From: Thalia democratica
Lineage: Eukaryota
Length of the DNA stretch: 64,000 nt
Assembly (NCBI GenBank): GCA_965202585.1
Contig: OZ241834.1
Span: 31,062,001-31,126,000, forward strand
Direction of reading: 5' to 3'
In this document: positions 13,601 to 28,600 of the stretch, piece by piece
Numbering within the stretch: position 1 is the first letter of the stretch
Layout: each line of letters begins with the position of its first letter
Notes under the pieces: model-generated
The model's database searches: none
The model's input: the letters and a program-made list of their open reading frames with translations, nothing else
What the model was told of the DNA's origin: nothing
Program-made: the position numbers and the translations under genes

Positions 13601-16600
13601 CGGCACCTCGGACACCAGTATGGGAGTGTTTATCTCCGCCGGGTCTCCTACCCCGTTCTCGCTCTCCGCAAGAACGCGGAAGTTGTACTCGTTTCCTTTC
13701 AGCAAGCGCAGGAACTTGTAAGAGTTTCTCATGCACGCCGTCTCCACGGTCTGCCAGATCCGCCTGCCCGCCTCTTTCTGCTCCAGGATGTAGTTGGTCA
13801 CCGCGCTGCCGCCGTCGGCTTTCGGCGCCTTCCAGCTGATCGTCACGCTCTCGGTGGTGACCTTGGTCACCTTGAGCTGGTCCGGCGGTCCGGGCGAGTC
13901 CAGCACTTTTACTTTGGTCACCAGGGAAGCCGACCCCGAGTCGTTCTCGATGGTCAGCGTGTACTCCCCGGCGTCGTCTCTGGTTGCGTGCTTTATGGTG
14001 AGCACCGTCACGTTGTCTATGTTCTCGATGTTCGCTCTCTCCTCCAGCCCCGGAGTCGTCCTGCTCCACTTTGGCGTCGGCACCGGCCTTCCCATCATCG
14101 GCACCGCGATCCTGATCGTGTTTCCGGAACGCACCGAAACGGTCTTGGTTCCCATGTGGTCCGGCCCGAAGTTGGGTATGAGGTGCCTGTTGGTCGGCAC
14201 GACGTCGTTGGGCAGTATCGTGGGCTGGGACCTCCCCGCCTCGTTGTGCGCGTACACCCGGAACCTGTACAGGTTGTCGTCCGACAGTCCGGTGGCGATG
14301 TAGATCGGCTTGCTCAGTTTCGTGGGTACCTCCGCCCACTCCGTGTAGTCTTCGTCCGAAGTTATGCACGTGTGGCTCTCCTCCAACGAATAATGAGTGA
14401 TGTGCGCGCCTCCGTTGTAAGTCGGCGGCAGCCACTCTACGGTTATGCTCGTCAGCGTGCAGTCGGTCACCTTGAACGACTCGGGCGGTCCCGGCTTGTA
14501 CACCATCTCCTTGATCTCCACCGGCTCCGTCTCCACGCTCGGCTCGCTCAACCCGGCTTTGTTCACGGCGAACACCCTGAACTGCTGCTTCGTGTTCTCT
14601 ATCATGCCGTGCGCCTTCAGCCTGCACTCCTGCGCCGGCGCCCTGTTCACTCTGAGCCACTTCTTGGCCTTCGAGTCGTGCCGGTCGACGTAGTAGCCGA
14701 TGATCTCGGATCCTCCGTCCGACTCTGGCGTGGTCCACGAAAGCACGCACCCTTCGCGGCTGACGCTCTGCACGACTGGCATGCGAGGCGCCGAAGGCAC
14801 GGTGAAGTCGTCCTTCAAGACGATCGGGCCGATTATCACCTCCTTGCCCAGTCCGAGCTTGTTCTCCGCTTGCAATCTGAAGGTGAACTCTCCGTTCTCC
14901 CGCAGGTTCTTCGTCGTGTGCACCAGCTTGACGATGTTCTTCGACACCGGCACCCACGACAGCCTGGCGGTTTCCCTCTTGTCCAAGCGGTAGCTGGTTA
15001 TGCGGTACCCGCCGTCCACGATCGGAGGCTTCCACACCAAAGTGACCTTGTCGCTGGAAACGTTGTGTATCTCCGGCTGCTGGCACGGTCCCGGCGTGTC
15101 GAAGACCTTGAGGTTTATCTGCAGCTGAGCGGTTCCGCTCGGGTTTGTGGCTTTGACCGTGTATGTTCCGGTTTCATCTCTGTTGATCCTGCGCAGAGTG
15201 AATATCGTGGTGTCCTCCGTGGTCCTGATTGAGATCTTGGAAGTCGCGTCCAGCACCTGACCGTCTTTTTCCCACTCGACAGCGGGTATGGGCTGCCCGG
15301 TGAAAGACGCTCTGAACTCCAAGTTGTCGTCGGCCTTTGCCGTCATCTTCTCGTTGTGCTCTCCGAGCCACTTGAGCTTGGGCGCTTCCTGGATCTCCTC
15401 CAGCTTCACCTTGCCGGTCGACTTGGAAGGCTCGCTGACGTTGCCGGCGGCGTTCACCGCCTTCACCCTGAACTCGTACTCCCAGTTGTGGATCAGGTCC
15501 AGAACTTCGTATTCGGTGTCGGTGATGTTGTTCAAGTTGCATCTCGTCCACTTGTTCATTTCCAGCTTTTCCACCAGGTAGCTGGTGATGAGGCTTCCGC
15601 CGTCGTTTTCCGGCATCCGCCACTTGAGGCAGACGCTCCTGGATTTTATCGAAGCCACTCTCAAATTAGAGGGCGGGTCTATCGGGTTTCTCGCGCAGAC
15701 CGTTCTCGAAACGGCGCTCGGCGGACTCAGCCCGGCCAGGTTTTCAGCGAAGACCCTGAACTCGTAGTGCAGGCCGTTTTCCACGGACGAGCACTTGAAC
15801 CTGGTGTCCAAAATCGGGAACTTGTTCGCCTTGATCCAGTTGACCGAGTTGACGTCCTTGCACTCGACGTGGTAGCCGGTGACGGTCGAGCCCCCGTCGT
15901 TCCTCGGCTTCTTCCACTTCAGAGTGACCGCATTGCCGGTGACCTTGTCGATTTCGACTTTTTCCGGCGCGTCGGGCGCGTTGAATGGGTGCTTGACCTT
16001 GACGGGGTCGCAGGTCAGCGGCTCGCTCGGCCCGTACTTGTTGACGGCCCTGACGCGGAACTGGTACTCCCTGCCCAGCGTCAACCTCGTCACCCGGTGG
16101 TAGGTTTTCATCTGGAAGCTGACTATCTGCTTCCACTCCATCGCTCCGGCGTCCAGCTGCTCAATGGTGTAGTGGTCCACCGGGGCGCCACCGTCGTCCT
16201 GCGGCGGCTGCCACTGGATCATGACCACCTCGTCGTTGATGTTCTCCGTCACTAGAGGTCCTACTGGTATGGAAGGCGGCGCGGTCACTATCAAGTTGAC
16301 CGTCTGGCACGCCTTGCCCACCGAGTTCTCGGCGATGATGTGGTACCTTCCCTTGTCCGACCTCTTCAGGTCGTTGATGTCCAGCGCGGCGAAGCTTCCT
16401 TCCACGCCTACGGTTATGCGCTTCGTGTTCACCACCTCCGCGCCTTCCTCGTCGGCCTTTTCGAAGCGGACCGACGGGAAAGGCTTCCCGGTGATGGGCA
16501 CTCTCAGTTTGAAGTTCGTCCCCGCCCTTTCAACAATGGTGTAGTCGATGAACGAGCTCATGTCGATGGTGGGCGAGTCCAGCACTTCCTTCGCGCACAC

Positions 16601-19600
16601 GCTGCCCGTCTCCCTGGCTTCGGACAGGCCGACGGCGTTCCTGGCCCTGACCCTGAACTTGTAGTTTTCTTCTGTTGTCAAGTGGTTGACCTGGAATGGG
16701 GATGTGACGTCGTTGCCGCAGACGGTCCACGACAGGTCGACGCCGGTGTCCTTGGCCATTTCGACGATGTAGTCGGTGACGACGCTGCCGCCGTCGTATG
16801 CCGGCAAGTTCCAGTCGAGGGTAACAGACTTGTTGGTCACCTTGGCGACCCTAAAGTCCTGGGGCGGAGAAGGGAGTTCGGAAACGCGGACGGCGTGGGT
16901 CTCCGCGCCGTCTCCATTTCCGTACTCGTTCACAGCGCTCACTCGGAAGGCGAACATTTCTCCCTCGCGGAGGTTCGTCACCTTGTACGAGCACTTGTTC
17001 GCGTTGGCGACGAGGTGGTAAACTTTCCTCGACGCCTCGCGCTTCTCCACCACGTAGCTCCTGATGTCGGAGCCGCCGTCGAACAGCGGCGGCTCCCAGT
17101 TGAGCGTCGCGTACCCCCTCCCGACCTTGGTCACCGTCAGGTTCTGCACCCGGCTCGGCGTGGCGAACACCTTGACGTTGAACGCCAGCGACACCTTGCC
17201 GCTCGAGTTCTCGGCTTCGAGCATGTAGACTCCCGCGTCCTCGCGCCTCGCCTCGTCGACGTAGAGCGAGGCGGAGTTCGCGTTGTTTTCAATCGCGGCG
17301 TGCTGGGAGATCTCCCCGATCCTCTTCGTCCAGGTGACTGTCGGCGTCGGCCTGCCTTTTATGGTGGCCTGAAGGTTGAACTTGTAACCTGCCTTGATGA
17401 GGAGCATCCTGTTAGCCGAAGACTCGATCTCCGGCGGGCTCAGCTGATCCGCCGGGTCCACCAGCTTGTACAGCGTCTCCGCGGTCGACACTCCGATCTC
17501 GTTGATGGCTTTCACGGTGGCCTTGTACCTGTAGGCGCTCGAAAGCCCGTGCACGATGGCCTTTCTCAGCTCGCTCTGAACCGAGACGGTGGCCGATTCG
17601 TCCAGCTCCCCGCTTTCCATCTGAGGGGTGAGCTCCACCAGGTAGGAGGTTATCTGAAGAAAAATTAAAATGATAAGAACAACAGTTTTACGATTAGAAG
17701 TTATTTAAAAGAAATTGTTGTATTACAAACAGAGTTCTAACTATAAAAACTTAATCTTTACAAGTCAAAACTTATAATAAAGTTGAATGTTTATACATAC
17801 AAAGTTTGAACAGTTACGAGTAATTTAGACAACAATAAACAGATTTTCAGCTGGAGTTTATTTATAAAGTTAGAATAGAAAATTGAAAACTTTTTTCAGC
17901 TTTACAACTTTCACAAAGTTCAAACACATACCTCACTGCCCCCATCGTGATTCGGCGCCGACCACTCGAAAGTGGACGAGTTGGCCGTCATGTCGGTTAG
18001 CTTCAAGTGCTCCGGTTTTCCGGGAGCAAAAAGCGGATCCTTGGCAGTGACCGGCTCGGACGCTTCGCTTGGCGCTCCGAAACCTTCTATGTTTTGCGCT
18101 TTGATCTGGTTGTTTTAATAATTTTATAAGTACGACTTTAAAAGTTGCCTAAATTATAAGTAAACATGGTTTTACCTTAATCTTAAAAGACTAACAAAAC
18201 CAATTTTTTATTACCTGTAACAAATGCAATTTAACTTAATTTTTTCAACTCTGAAAAATTTAACTTAATAGAAAAGTAAACTGTTCTAAAAATTACAAGT
18301 TTATTTCAGGGTACAAAACTCTTAGCTGTGACAACAAAAAAGCAATCGAAAACCAACTCTGAACTGGTACTCGTTTCCTTCGATCAGGTTCGTGATCCTG
18401 GCCTTGCACGCCGTCACCTGCGTCACCTGCACCCACTTCGAGGTGGACCTGGACTTTTTCTCGACGACGTAGTTGTCGGCCTCGCCACCTTCCGCGGGAC
18501 GCGTCCAGGTGAGCAAGAGCTCGTTCTTCTGAACGTTGCTGACTTCGGGCTTCTCCGGTTTTCCCGGCAGCCCGAACGGGTTCTTGGCCACGACGACTTG
18601 AGTCTGAGCCGCCTCGCTCAGCCCCTGCTTGTTTTCGGCTTTGACGCTGAAAAAAAACTTAATTTACTTTAAAGTAGTGTTAATTTTTCAACCTTCGTCG
18701 CTACATTTCAAGCATTGCAGTCAGTAAAAACAGTCATGTGCTTGTATTTATCAAAGTAAAAAGTTTTTAAATTTCGAATCAATTTTTAAGCATTAGAGGT
18801 AGAGTAAGCATTTATCAATCTGCAAGGTAGCCGGTGTAAAACAAATTTTTGTTTAAAATCTACATTTCTACTGCAAACTGCAAACCAACCGGAACTGGTA
18901 CTTCCTGTCTTTCACCAGCCGCTCCGCCGTGTAGCTGCACCCTTTGACGTTGGACGCCGCTATGGTCCACCCGCTCAGCATGTCGTCGCAGTTGATCTTC
19001 TCCACGACGTACTGCGTCACCCTGCTGCCTCCGTCGTTCTGCGGCGCCTCCCACTGCAGCTCGCACTGCTTGGCGTTTATTTTCGCCACTCGGAGGTTCT
19101 GCGGCGCGTCGGAGACGTCGATGACGTTCACCGACAGCTCGATCGACGACTTGCCGGCTTTGTTGATCGCCTCCACAAAGTAGCGACCTGTGAAAAAATG
19201 CGATAAACAACCGTTCATTAACTTACATAAGTAATTTTAATGAAGGAATTCAATAGAAAAAGATTTGCTTCAAAACTAAACGTTCAAAACAATATGTATA
19301 TGTTTATTTAAGCAATTCAATAGAACTCAATTCTCACCGGAGTCCTTTTTGGTCGGCTCCGTCATCTTGAACACGGAGTAGCTGCCGTCCTTCCTGATCT
19401 TGATTCTCGTGTCCAAGTCGCTCAGGTTCTCGTGCGAGTCTCCGAGGAACCAGTTGGTGATGGGCTCGGGCTTCCCCTGGACCAAGAGCTTCCACGTGAG
19501 CGTGTCGCGCCTGGTTATGGTCTGTATCGCGTTCTCCGGGGGAACCACCTCGATGTTGGGCTCCTGAGTCCTGTCGCCGCACTTGGCCGCCTCCGACGCT

Positions 19601-22600
19601 TCCGAAGGCTCCGAGAGCGAACCTTTGTACGAGTACGAGGATTTTAAGTTGCATTGAAAATAAAATAATTAATTTAAAAGTTTAAACTGCGATGTAAATG
19701 ATCAAATAAAATTTTTATACGACTGTTTTAATATAAAACTTTAAACAATTAAAAGAGTTTTTATTTAAAAAATAAATAAAAGTTCTAAGAATCAATGAGA
19801 ATTTACAAGTTTTAATTATTACTCACCGGAACAGCGCTCGGCTTAAAACAAGTTACAAAATTGAAATCAAAGCAACAAAAGCTTGCTAACCGGAGTAGCT
19901 CTTGGCGATCGCCCTGAACTCGTACTCGGCGCCTGACGAGAGGTGCTTGACGGTGCAGACGTTCTTGCTGGTGAAGTCGGCAGTGCTGCTCGCTCGCCAC
20001 TTCTCCTTGCCCGCCGCGCGCTGCTCCACCACGAACTTGGACGTCTTGTCCTCCTCCTCGGACCGGCACTCGATCGTGACGTAGTCGTAACCGTACTGTT
20101 CGGAGTAGTTTAAACTAATATTTGTTTTATGTTTGATGCTATTGTAAGTGAAATTATACTTAGCTGTGAATATGTAACAATAAATAATCGAGTAGTTATT
20201 CTCAAAGTATTGTTTGTAGTTTGTATAAATGATTAGTTAAGTTTTACACAAAAAAATTAACAATGCAGTTGAGATATGTTTGAAAATTATCATCCATTGC
20301 TTCGACTATAAAAGTATTGATTACAACTCAAAAGTTTAATAAATTACGAACGAAATCAACTTACGTCGATCACGATCGGTTTCAGCGGTTTGTCGAGTCT
20401 GTCGACGAACGTGACGAAATCGCTGTCTTCGCTCGCCTCCGACAAACCCACTTCGTTTTCGGCCAGAATCCTGAACTGGTACGTCAGTCCCCTGTCGAGT
20501 CCCACCACCAAGTGTTCCAACGATCTCACCGGGTGGCCTCTCTGTGTGCGAACAGGAAAGTAAAGTAAAACCGAATCGACTATATTTTTACCACATAAAA
20601 GGTATAAAAGAAATTAATACTAAAAAGTGTTGTAAAAGTTTCATTGCTTTTATTTTATTTAAAAAAAGTCATGAAATGCTCGATAGAACTATTTTTTTGC
20701 AAACTAGCCAAAGTCTGAAAGTTGTTCAAATAAAAAGTTTAATCACAATTTTTTTACCTGCCACATGATTGAGTTTTTATCCTTGTACTCGATTATGTAG
20801 GCGGTGATCGAGGTTCCTCCGTCTTCGGAAGACTTCCTCCACTTCACCGTGATTCCCTCGTCGGCCACCGACACGACCTGGGGTTTCCCCGGCGGCGACG
20901 GCACCCGGTGCGGGTTCTGCGGGGTGATGGTCTTGGTGGTGATGGCGGCGCTGGTGCCGAACCTGTTCTCGGCGCGGATCCTAAACACGTAGTCCTTGCC
21001 CTGCTCCAGCCCCTTCACCTTGATGGTGGGCACGGTGCGGGACGACGTCACTCTCTTCCAAGTTGAATCCTTTAAGTTTTTATTTTGATGTTTGATAATT
21101 ATCAAAAAAATACCAAAAAAAAACAAATCTGACTTGAGCAGAAACTTCTTGCTTAGTTTAAACTTTAAACTTGAGAAAACTTTATATTTTGGTCTACCAA
21201 CAAAATACAAGTGTTCATAAGATTCTTCAGTCAAAACATTTTAGCATACGAACAAGTTTTCGATCAGTCAAAAACATAAACCGACGATCAAGTTTTGAAA
21301 AGAACATTTACATTTTTACGTTGAAGCTAAAAAATAAATTCCAAAAACTAACGAGAGAGGAAACTTCTTGCTTTTCCACGACGTAGCTGATCAGCTCGGA
21401 CCCGAACAGCTGGTCCGGCTCCTGCCACTCCAGGAACACCGTGTCCGCCTTCACGAACTCCACCCTGATTGGTCCCTGCGGCGGGCCCGGCTTGTCCTGC
21501 ACCACCATGTGCACCGGCGCGTTCGCCTTCCCCATCTTGCTTTCCGCTTCCAGCTGGTAGACTCCCGCGTCTTCGAGCTGGCAGTCTGGTTGGTTTTGTT
21601 TGTTGATTAACTACAGCTGATGTTACTTTGAAACATAGACATTTTAATTACTTTTTTGTTCAAACAAAAACTCATTAATTATTATTCTAAAGTCTACTTT
21701 CAAATAGCGTATTTTACAATTAATAACTATTTGAAAATTATAAAAGTTGCACACCTTTAATTGACAGAGTAGCGTAGTCGTCTACTTTGTCAATCTTCAT
21801 TTTGTTGTTCGACTCGATGATGCGTCCGTTCAGATCCAGCCAGATGAACGTGGGTCGAGGCTGGCCTCTGACGCGCACCCTAGCGGTTAGTTCGTTTCCG
21901 CTCTTGGCTGTGAACACCAGCTGCTTTTGGTTTTCAAAGTCGATCGAAGGCGGCTCCGTCTAAAATTGTACAACATAAAAGTATATTTTTAATTCAACCT
22001 TATATTTATTTAATAACTTAAAATTTTGTCAAATAAAAAAAAAACAGTTACTAACATTGTCATAATATGCTTGAAGCACGAATTCATAAAATTAAAGAGC
22101 AAAGGTATTCAGTATCATAGAACAAATAATCGTAAATTAAAATTAAAAAAAAACAGATGCTCACATCATCTTTAAGGTTGACTCCTTGGTAAATTTCCGC
22201 GGGTTCTCCCGCACCCTTTTCGTTGAGAGCTCTCACACGGAACAGATGCGTTTTGCCTTCCTCGAGGTCGGTAACAACTGAAAAAAGTTCTTTTGTCTTC
22301 ACGGCCTCCCTCCACTCGGTGTCGCCAGCCTCGCACGTTTCAAGGACGTAGCCTGTAAAATAATGTTTTTATTTTATTTTTTTTTTCTAATTCGTTTATA
22401 GACCTGAGGTTTCGTAGTATAATGAAAAATCTCTTTAAACACTTTTAAATTAACTTACTAATTTGAATGAACACAAAAGTATTAAAAAATAAAATAAGTA
22501 TGTTAACTGTTAAGTTTAAACTTTAAATACTTGTAAACAGTATGTTATTTGTACAAATGTAAAACTTAAGAACTTACACAAAAAGAAGACGTATCTAAAC

Positions 22601-25600
22601 ACTTATATAACACTAACACAGCGTATACAAAGTTAACGCGAAAACATTCAACAAACCTTCGATGCTGCTTCCACCGTCGTTGGTGGGTCCGGTCCATTCA
22701 AGTCGGACGCTGGTTGCCGTCTGGTGCTTCACCTGGGGCCTTCCCGGGGCCCCGGGCACGTCGCTTATCTTGGAGCTTTCCTCAGTCGTTGCCGGCTCGC
22801 TCGAGCCGTACTCGTTCTCTGCGAAGACGCGGAACTTGTACCTGTGTCCTCGCTTCAGCTTGTTTACCTGATTATAGAAAAGAAGAGTTACAATTGGGTT
22901 ATGTGAAAGTAGTTTTACAACAACCATGATTTAAGCAAAATTTTTTCTAAGCTTTTTTCATCACTTGTGTTTCTTTTTTATAGTTTGTGAACAATAAAGT
23001 AAACAAAGTTTAAATATTAAATCAGTAAATTTCTAAATACACTTATGTACTTTGATCTGACCTACGTTAATTTTTGTTTTGTATAATATTTGAACAAAGT
23101 TAAAAATAGTTTCTTTAACAAAAGCTCGACAAGTTAACAGGAGAGTCAATAAACAAGATACTAACAGAATAAAGTTCAAATTTAAATTAAAGTGTAAGTT
23201 TAGCAAAAAAGTTTAAGCAACAAAACTAAACAACAAACAACTGACGGTCTGCCCGCATCTGATGCAGTTCTCGTTGAAAGTCTTCCACTTCCTGTCCTCC
23301 TCGTCCTTCACCTCCACCCGGTAGGTGATTCCCACGCTGCCGCCGTCGTGCGCCGGCTCCTGCCACTTGAGGGCGGCCGACTGGCTGGTGACGTCACGCA
23401 CGGCGAGGTCACGCGGGGGCGAGGGCGCGTCGAAGACGGACACGTTGCACTTGACCGTCTTCTCTCCCGCCTCGTTGGTCACGTGGAGGGAGTACTTGCC
23501 CGCGTCTTTACTGTGAGGTTTGAGTAGAGTGAGTAATTATAAATATGATCAGTTTTACTGTTTAATTACAACGTGAATGGACTTGTTTGGTTTCAATTGT
23601 TACTAGTTGCTTTTGTCTTTTATTAATATCTTAATTAATTTATGATTACTTGATCACTTGGTTACTATATAAGTGTGTAAAGTTTTATTATTTGTTAGCA
23701 TTGTACTCTACTGAAGAGAATTGCTCGAAATATGTTTAGTGTTTTTGAAATTGTGTGTCTTGTGTAACTTATTGTATATCTACTGGTCACTTATGTTCCA
23801 ATATCTATAAACATTAAGCTTTTCCGCACGCAATGCAAAGCTTAAAGTTTATTTTGTACACCTTCTGACGATTTATGTGTTAACTACAAAACTTCTCACG
23901 ACAAAGCAATTAAGTTCTGTCACTTACTAGATCTTTTTTTTTACTAAACGTACAAAAAATTGTTTGTATTTTTTGATAAGTTGTTTTTTTTGAAATTATA
24001 ATCAGTTTTACTAAAAAGCTTTTTTTTATGAAAAATATTAAGTTTTAGATAACACTAATAAATACGCCTCAACAAAATAAATCTTGTTAACACTGAACTC
24101 ACGCTTTAGCATTTGTGACAGTGAATTTAATTTTTCCATTTGCTTCATCAATTTCCACTTGAGAACTGTCGACTTCCTCTCCGTCTTTCTTGACGATCAC
24201 TTTCGGAGTCGGAGTTCCTTTGAAGCTTGCTTTTATGCTGAACGACTTATCAGCTTTTACCTATTTAAAAATATTAAGTTAGTTAATGAAGTATACAAAA
24301 AAGTTTTTTCAGCAGAATAGAGACGTGTTTTTTTAAAATTTAATTAACTAAAAAAACTTAAATATTTTGTAGGCGCTATGTAAACATATTTCAATAAAAC
24401 TTTAAGCATTTCAATTACCTTGATTGTTGGTTTTGTTTCCTCTAGTTCGGCTTCAGGCAGGTTGAGCTTCTTTCGCGGCACTAATGTGCCTGACAAGCTT
24501 TCAAACTTACCTTGGCCGACCTCGTTAACCGCAGCAAGTCTGTGAAAAGTAACAACTTGAATAAAGCATCAAAACGAGCAAAGACTTTTTGCAAACATTT
24601 TTAAAAGTATTTAATTTAAAAAATAAAGTAATACCTAGCTTTACCGCTGAACGGATTTCAAACTGTCATTTATATTCAAATAGAATAAAAGAAGCTTCAC
24701 AGAAAACTATAAAAATATTTTTAATACCTGACTGAATATTCTTCGTTTTCTGTCAACCCACTGACAGTGATCTGGTTGTTCTGCGGCGCGGCCACCTGCT
24801 TCTGGAACCAGCTGTCCTCCTCGCTCGACGTCAGCTTGTACTCCACCACGTACTTTGTGATCTTCTTGCCTCCGTCCATCATTGGCGGGTGGAAGCTCAG
24901 AGTTGCTGAGTTTTCAGTGGCATCCACGAGCTTCACGTCTTGAGGCTCGCCTTGAAAGAATTATAAAAATGAACAAAGTTTTCATTGAAAACAATTTATA
25001 CTATGTTTTTTTTTGATACAATACATGGAAATGGTTCTTGTCTTGATAGAAAAAACCATTTAATTACCTATATTAAGCAGGATTAATGTTATGTTAAAAC
25101 AAACAAAATAATAAAAAGACATCATAAAATAAACAAAACTGCTTACTCGGCTCGTAAGATTGTTGCTCGATTGTCACGGCTCCGGTCGAGGGCGAGGGCT
25201 CGCTGTTTCCGGCCACGTTCCTCGCGACGACCCTGAACTCCAGCTGGCTTCCCTCCCGCAACTTCGTGAACCGGTGCCTGCAGTCGAGGTGGGCGTCGAC
25301 GTCGGCCGCGTGCGTCCACCTACTTCCGTGACTGCGGAAACGAAGATTTTTATTTACTGTTGCGTTTTGATTGGTAGTATACACGTTATGTTATCATCTG
25401 CACTTAAACAACATGCATTGGTTTCAAGCCTCAACATCTAGTTGTTGTCTATTTGTCTCAAAACTATAAACAAAATTTGACATTTTTTTCTTAAAATTTT
25501 AACTTTTCCGATTTGTTTATAAATACAAACACTAAGTTATTTGTTTATGAAGTACAGTTAAACTGACATGTCTTTCTTTTCAAGGATGTAGCTGGTGATT

Positions 25601-28600
25601 GGCACGTCGGGTTCGGCGGGTTTGCACCACGTGACGACGCAAGTGTCGCTGGTAACCGCCCCGACGACGGGTGCCTGGGGCTTTCCCGGCGGCCCGTACG
25701 GCACCTTGGCCATGAACTTGTGAGATTCCCGAGCCTCGCCCACGCCGTACTGGTTGGCGGCGGAGACTCTCACGTAGTACTCTTTTCCGTTGGTCAGTTT
25801 CAGCTTTATTTTGCTGTCGCGAAGCTGAAAAGATTAGTGTCGTTTAGGAAAAGAACGCTTAATGCAGTTTATGACAAATTTAGTCAATTTATAATTCAAA
25901 TGTTTTGTATTAATTAAAAAATACTAACTTGATTTAACCAAAATAGTTTGTTACTAATGACTTACAATTCTATTGATAACAAAAACAAAATCTACAAAGT
26001 TTTTTTTGTTTAACTTACGTCCTGCGATACGCACAACCAGCTCGACTTGTTCGACTCCCGCATGTCCACGGTGTAGCTTATAACAGGGGAACCCCCGTCT
26101 TCGAGCGGCGGTTGCCATGTGACCGTGGCGTGCTTGGGAGTGACGTCACTCACCACGAGGTTCTCGGGCTTGTCCGGCGACCCCAACGCCTTCACGGCGA
26201 GCTCGTCCGTCTGGTCGTGGCCCAGGTTGTTGGTGGCCACGGCGCAGTATTTTCCAGAGTCCATTTTGGACACGCGGGAAATTTTCAGTGTTGCCAATCC
26301 AGATTCGTCGAGATCGAAGTTGGTTCGCACGTTGACGTCGATCTTCTCCCCGTTCTTGTGCCACACTACTTCAGGAGTGGGTTTACCTGTGCATGCGATA
26401 TTATGTTTATGTTTTGTGTGAGAAAGTTCTAAAGATAAACATCAACACAAATAGATTTTCGTGGCACTAGTTGAATATTTTGCTACAAACATGGGTAACT
26501 GTAAAACGCATTAATTATTTTTCTTAATTTTACTGCTTCCTTGAAATAAAACAGTGTTTGTCTAAAATTTTTCATTAAATATTGTAACAACTATACATAA
26601 AAATTGATCGAAAAAATTATTTATGTTTTGACGTGTACTTGATACATAAACATGAATTTGGCATCAATTTTCTCACCATGCACTTCAGCCTTGACGACGA
26701 GATCCGCGTCGGGCTTGAGAACGAGTTGGTCCTGCTTGACGTCTACGAGCTCGATTCGCGGCTTGCTGTGCTCGTTCCTGCAAATGGCCGGGTCGGATGG
26801 CTCCGAGTATGCGGAGTAACTTCCGACCGCGTTCTTTGCTCGAACCCTGCGTTTCGTTGAAGATTGTAAAGAATTTTGTTAAATTTTCATAAAGATACTT
26901 GATTTATAGATTTTATGAGCATGTAAAACAAATTTATGAAGTATATTTTTAAGCAACTTTAGCATAAAAAAGTTGCTTTTTTATCAACGAAATCACTCAA
27001 GTAAAATTTTCAATCAAAAGTCGTTCGAACCTGAACGTGTATTCATGGTTTTCCTCGAGGCCCCTAATCGTGAACTTGGGGGCGCTCAGACCACCATAAG
27101 TACACAGCGTCCAGTTTTCCTCCTTGCGAACCAGGTCCTTCCTCTCCACCTCGAACCCGGTGATCCTGCTCGTCCTGTCCTCGTCCACCGGCGGCTGCGT
27201 CCACGCGATAGTGATGTTGGTCGCTTCCACGTCGACCACTTGGGGTTTGGTGGGCGCGGGGACGGTTTCCTGGCAACGGACGGGCACCGGGGTCTGGCAC
27301 TGGTCGCCCCGTCCGGCGTCGTTCTCGGCGCACGCCCTGAACTCGTACTCGATGTTGGGCGTGAGGCCGGTCACCTTGTAGTGGCAGTTCTTGGTCAGGT
27401 GCTTGCAGTCGGTCCAGTTGACCTCTTTCTTCTGCTTGTAAGACACCATGTACCCCCTGATCTTGTTTCCTGCAAAAAAATTAAAAAAGAAATTAAATTT
27501 AAAGTTTACTATATCTTACGTACCAAAAATATATACTAATTATGAAAAAAAAAAATCCAACTTGTTAAAACTTTCAAGAAAATCATATGGATTAAGCTTG
27601 TTCATGATATTGACAGCAGTTGTTTGCTGCTTTCACATGTATTACTGTTTACCTCCGTCGAACGAAGGCTTCTGCCACTCAAGCTCGATAAAGTCCTTGC
27701 CGACGTCTTTCGCCGTCAGGTTCCTCGGGGCCTTCGGAGTTTCGAACTGGTAATCGGCCTTGATGTATTCCGACTCGACGTCTTCCGAAGCTCCGTAGCG
27801 GTTCTCCGCCTTGATGCGGAACATGTATTCCGTTCCTCGCACCAAGTTTCGAACCTGCAAACGAATTAGGCATGATTAGAAGGCTGTATTTTCAAGGCTG
27901 TTGAGATAAATTGTAGCGCAACAAACTAAAAAAACATCATATAAGTTGCGCAGATATTATTAAAACTTTTGAAAACAATCTAAAAGAGCTAGTGATAGCA
28001 TTGAGATAAACTTTTGTAAAAAGCATATAATTGTGGATAGCTGCTTGAAAATCTAGCTATGTATTTTTATATACAGTCAAATTCAAATAAAAATTAACGA
28101 TTTATTATCACCTTGAGCGAAGTGTTGAGCACGCTCGAGGTGACAGTTTCCCAACTGCCGGTTCCTCTGACGCGCTTCTCGATTATGTAGTTGCTCAACG
28201 GAGCTCCACCGTCGTTCAACGGGGCTCTCCAGCTGAGCACCAGAGTTTCGCTCGTCACGTCTTCGAACTCGATCGGCCCCTGGGGCGGACTCGGCTTGTC
28301 GAGAACTATGATCTGCGTTGAAAAGTTTTATCATAGTTAGCACAACTTCATTGATACAAAAAAGTATTCTTTCATTATATAAAAAGTTTTCGGATAAAAT
28401 AAAAACATCATTTTGCAATCTCTTTGATTAGATAACTTACATATAGATAATAAAAGGTTTAAGTTGTTCAAAAAAATGAAATAACAGGTACATATAAAAC
28501 CAACTTTCACGGCTTTGTTGACTTTTCCTCGTTCGTTCTGAACTTCAACGAAGTACTTTCCACTGTCTTGCAGCGCCACCTTCGAGATGGACAGCACCGT

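Noticed and set aside
12872-15232. 786-aa plus-strand ORF and many other long antisense or alternate-frame ORFs (e.g. 3011-4192, 7772-8701, 16340-17668, 13416-15086)
   Set aside because: They lie entirely within titin exons and have no recognisable domains. They are the expected shadows of strong G/C third-position bias.
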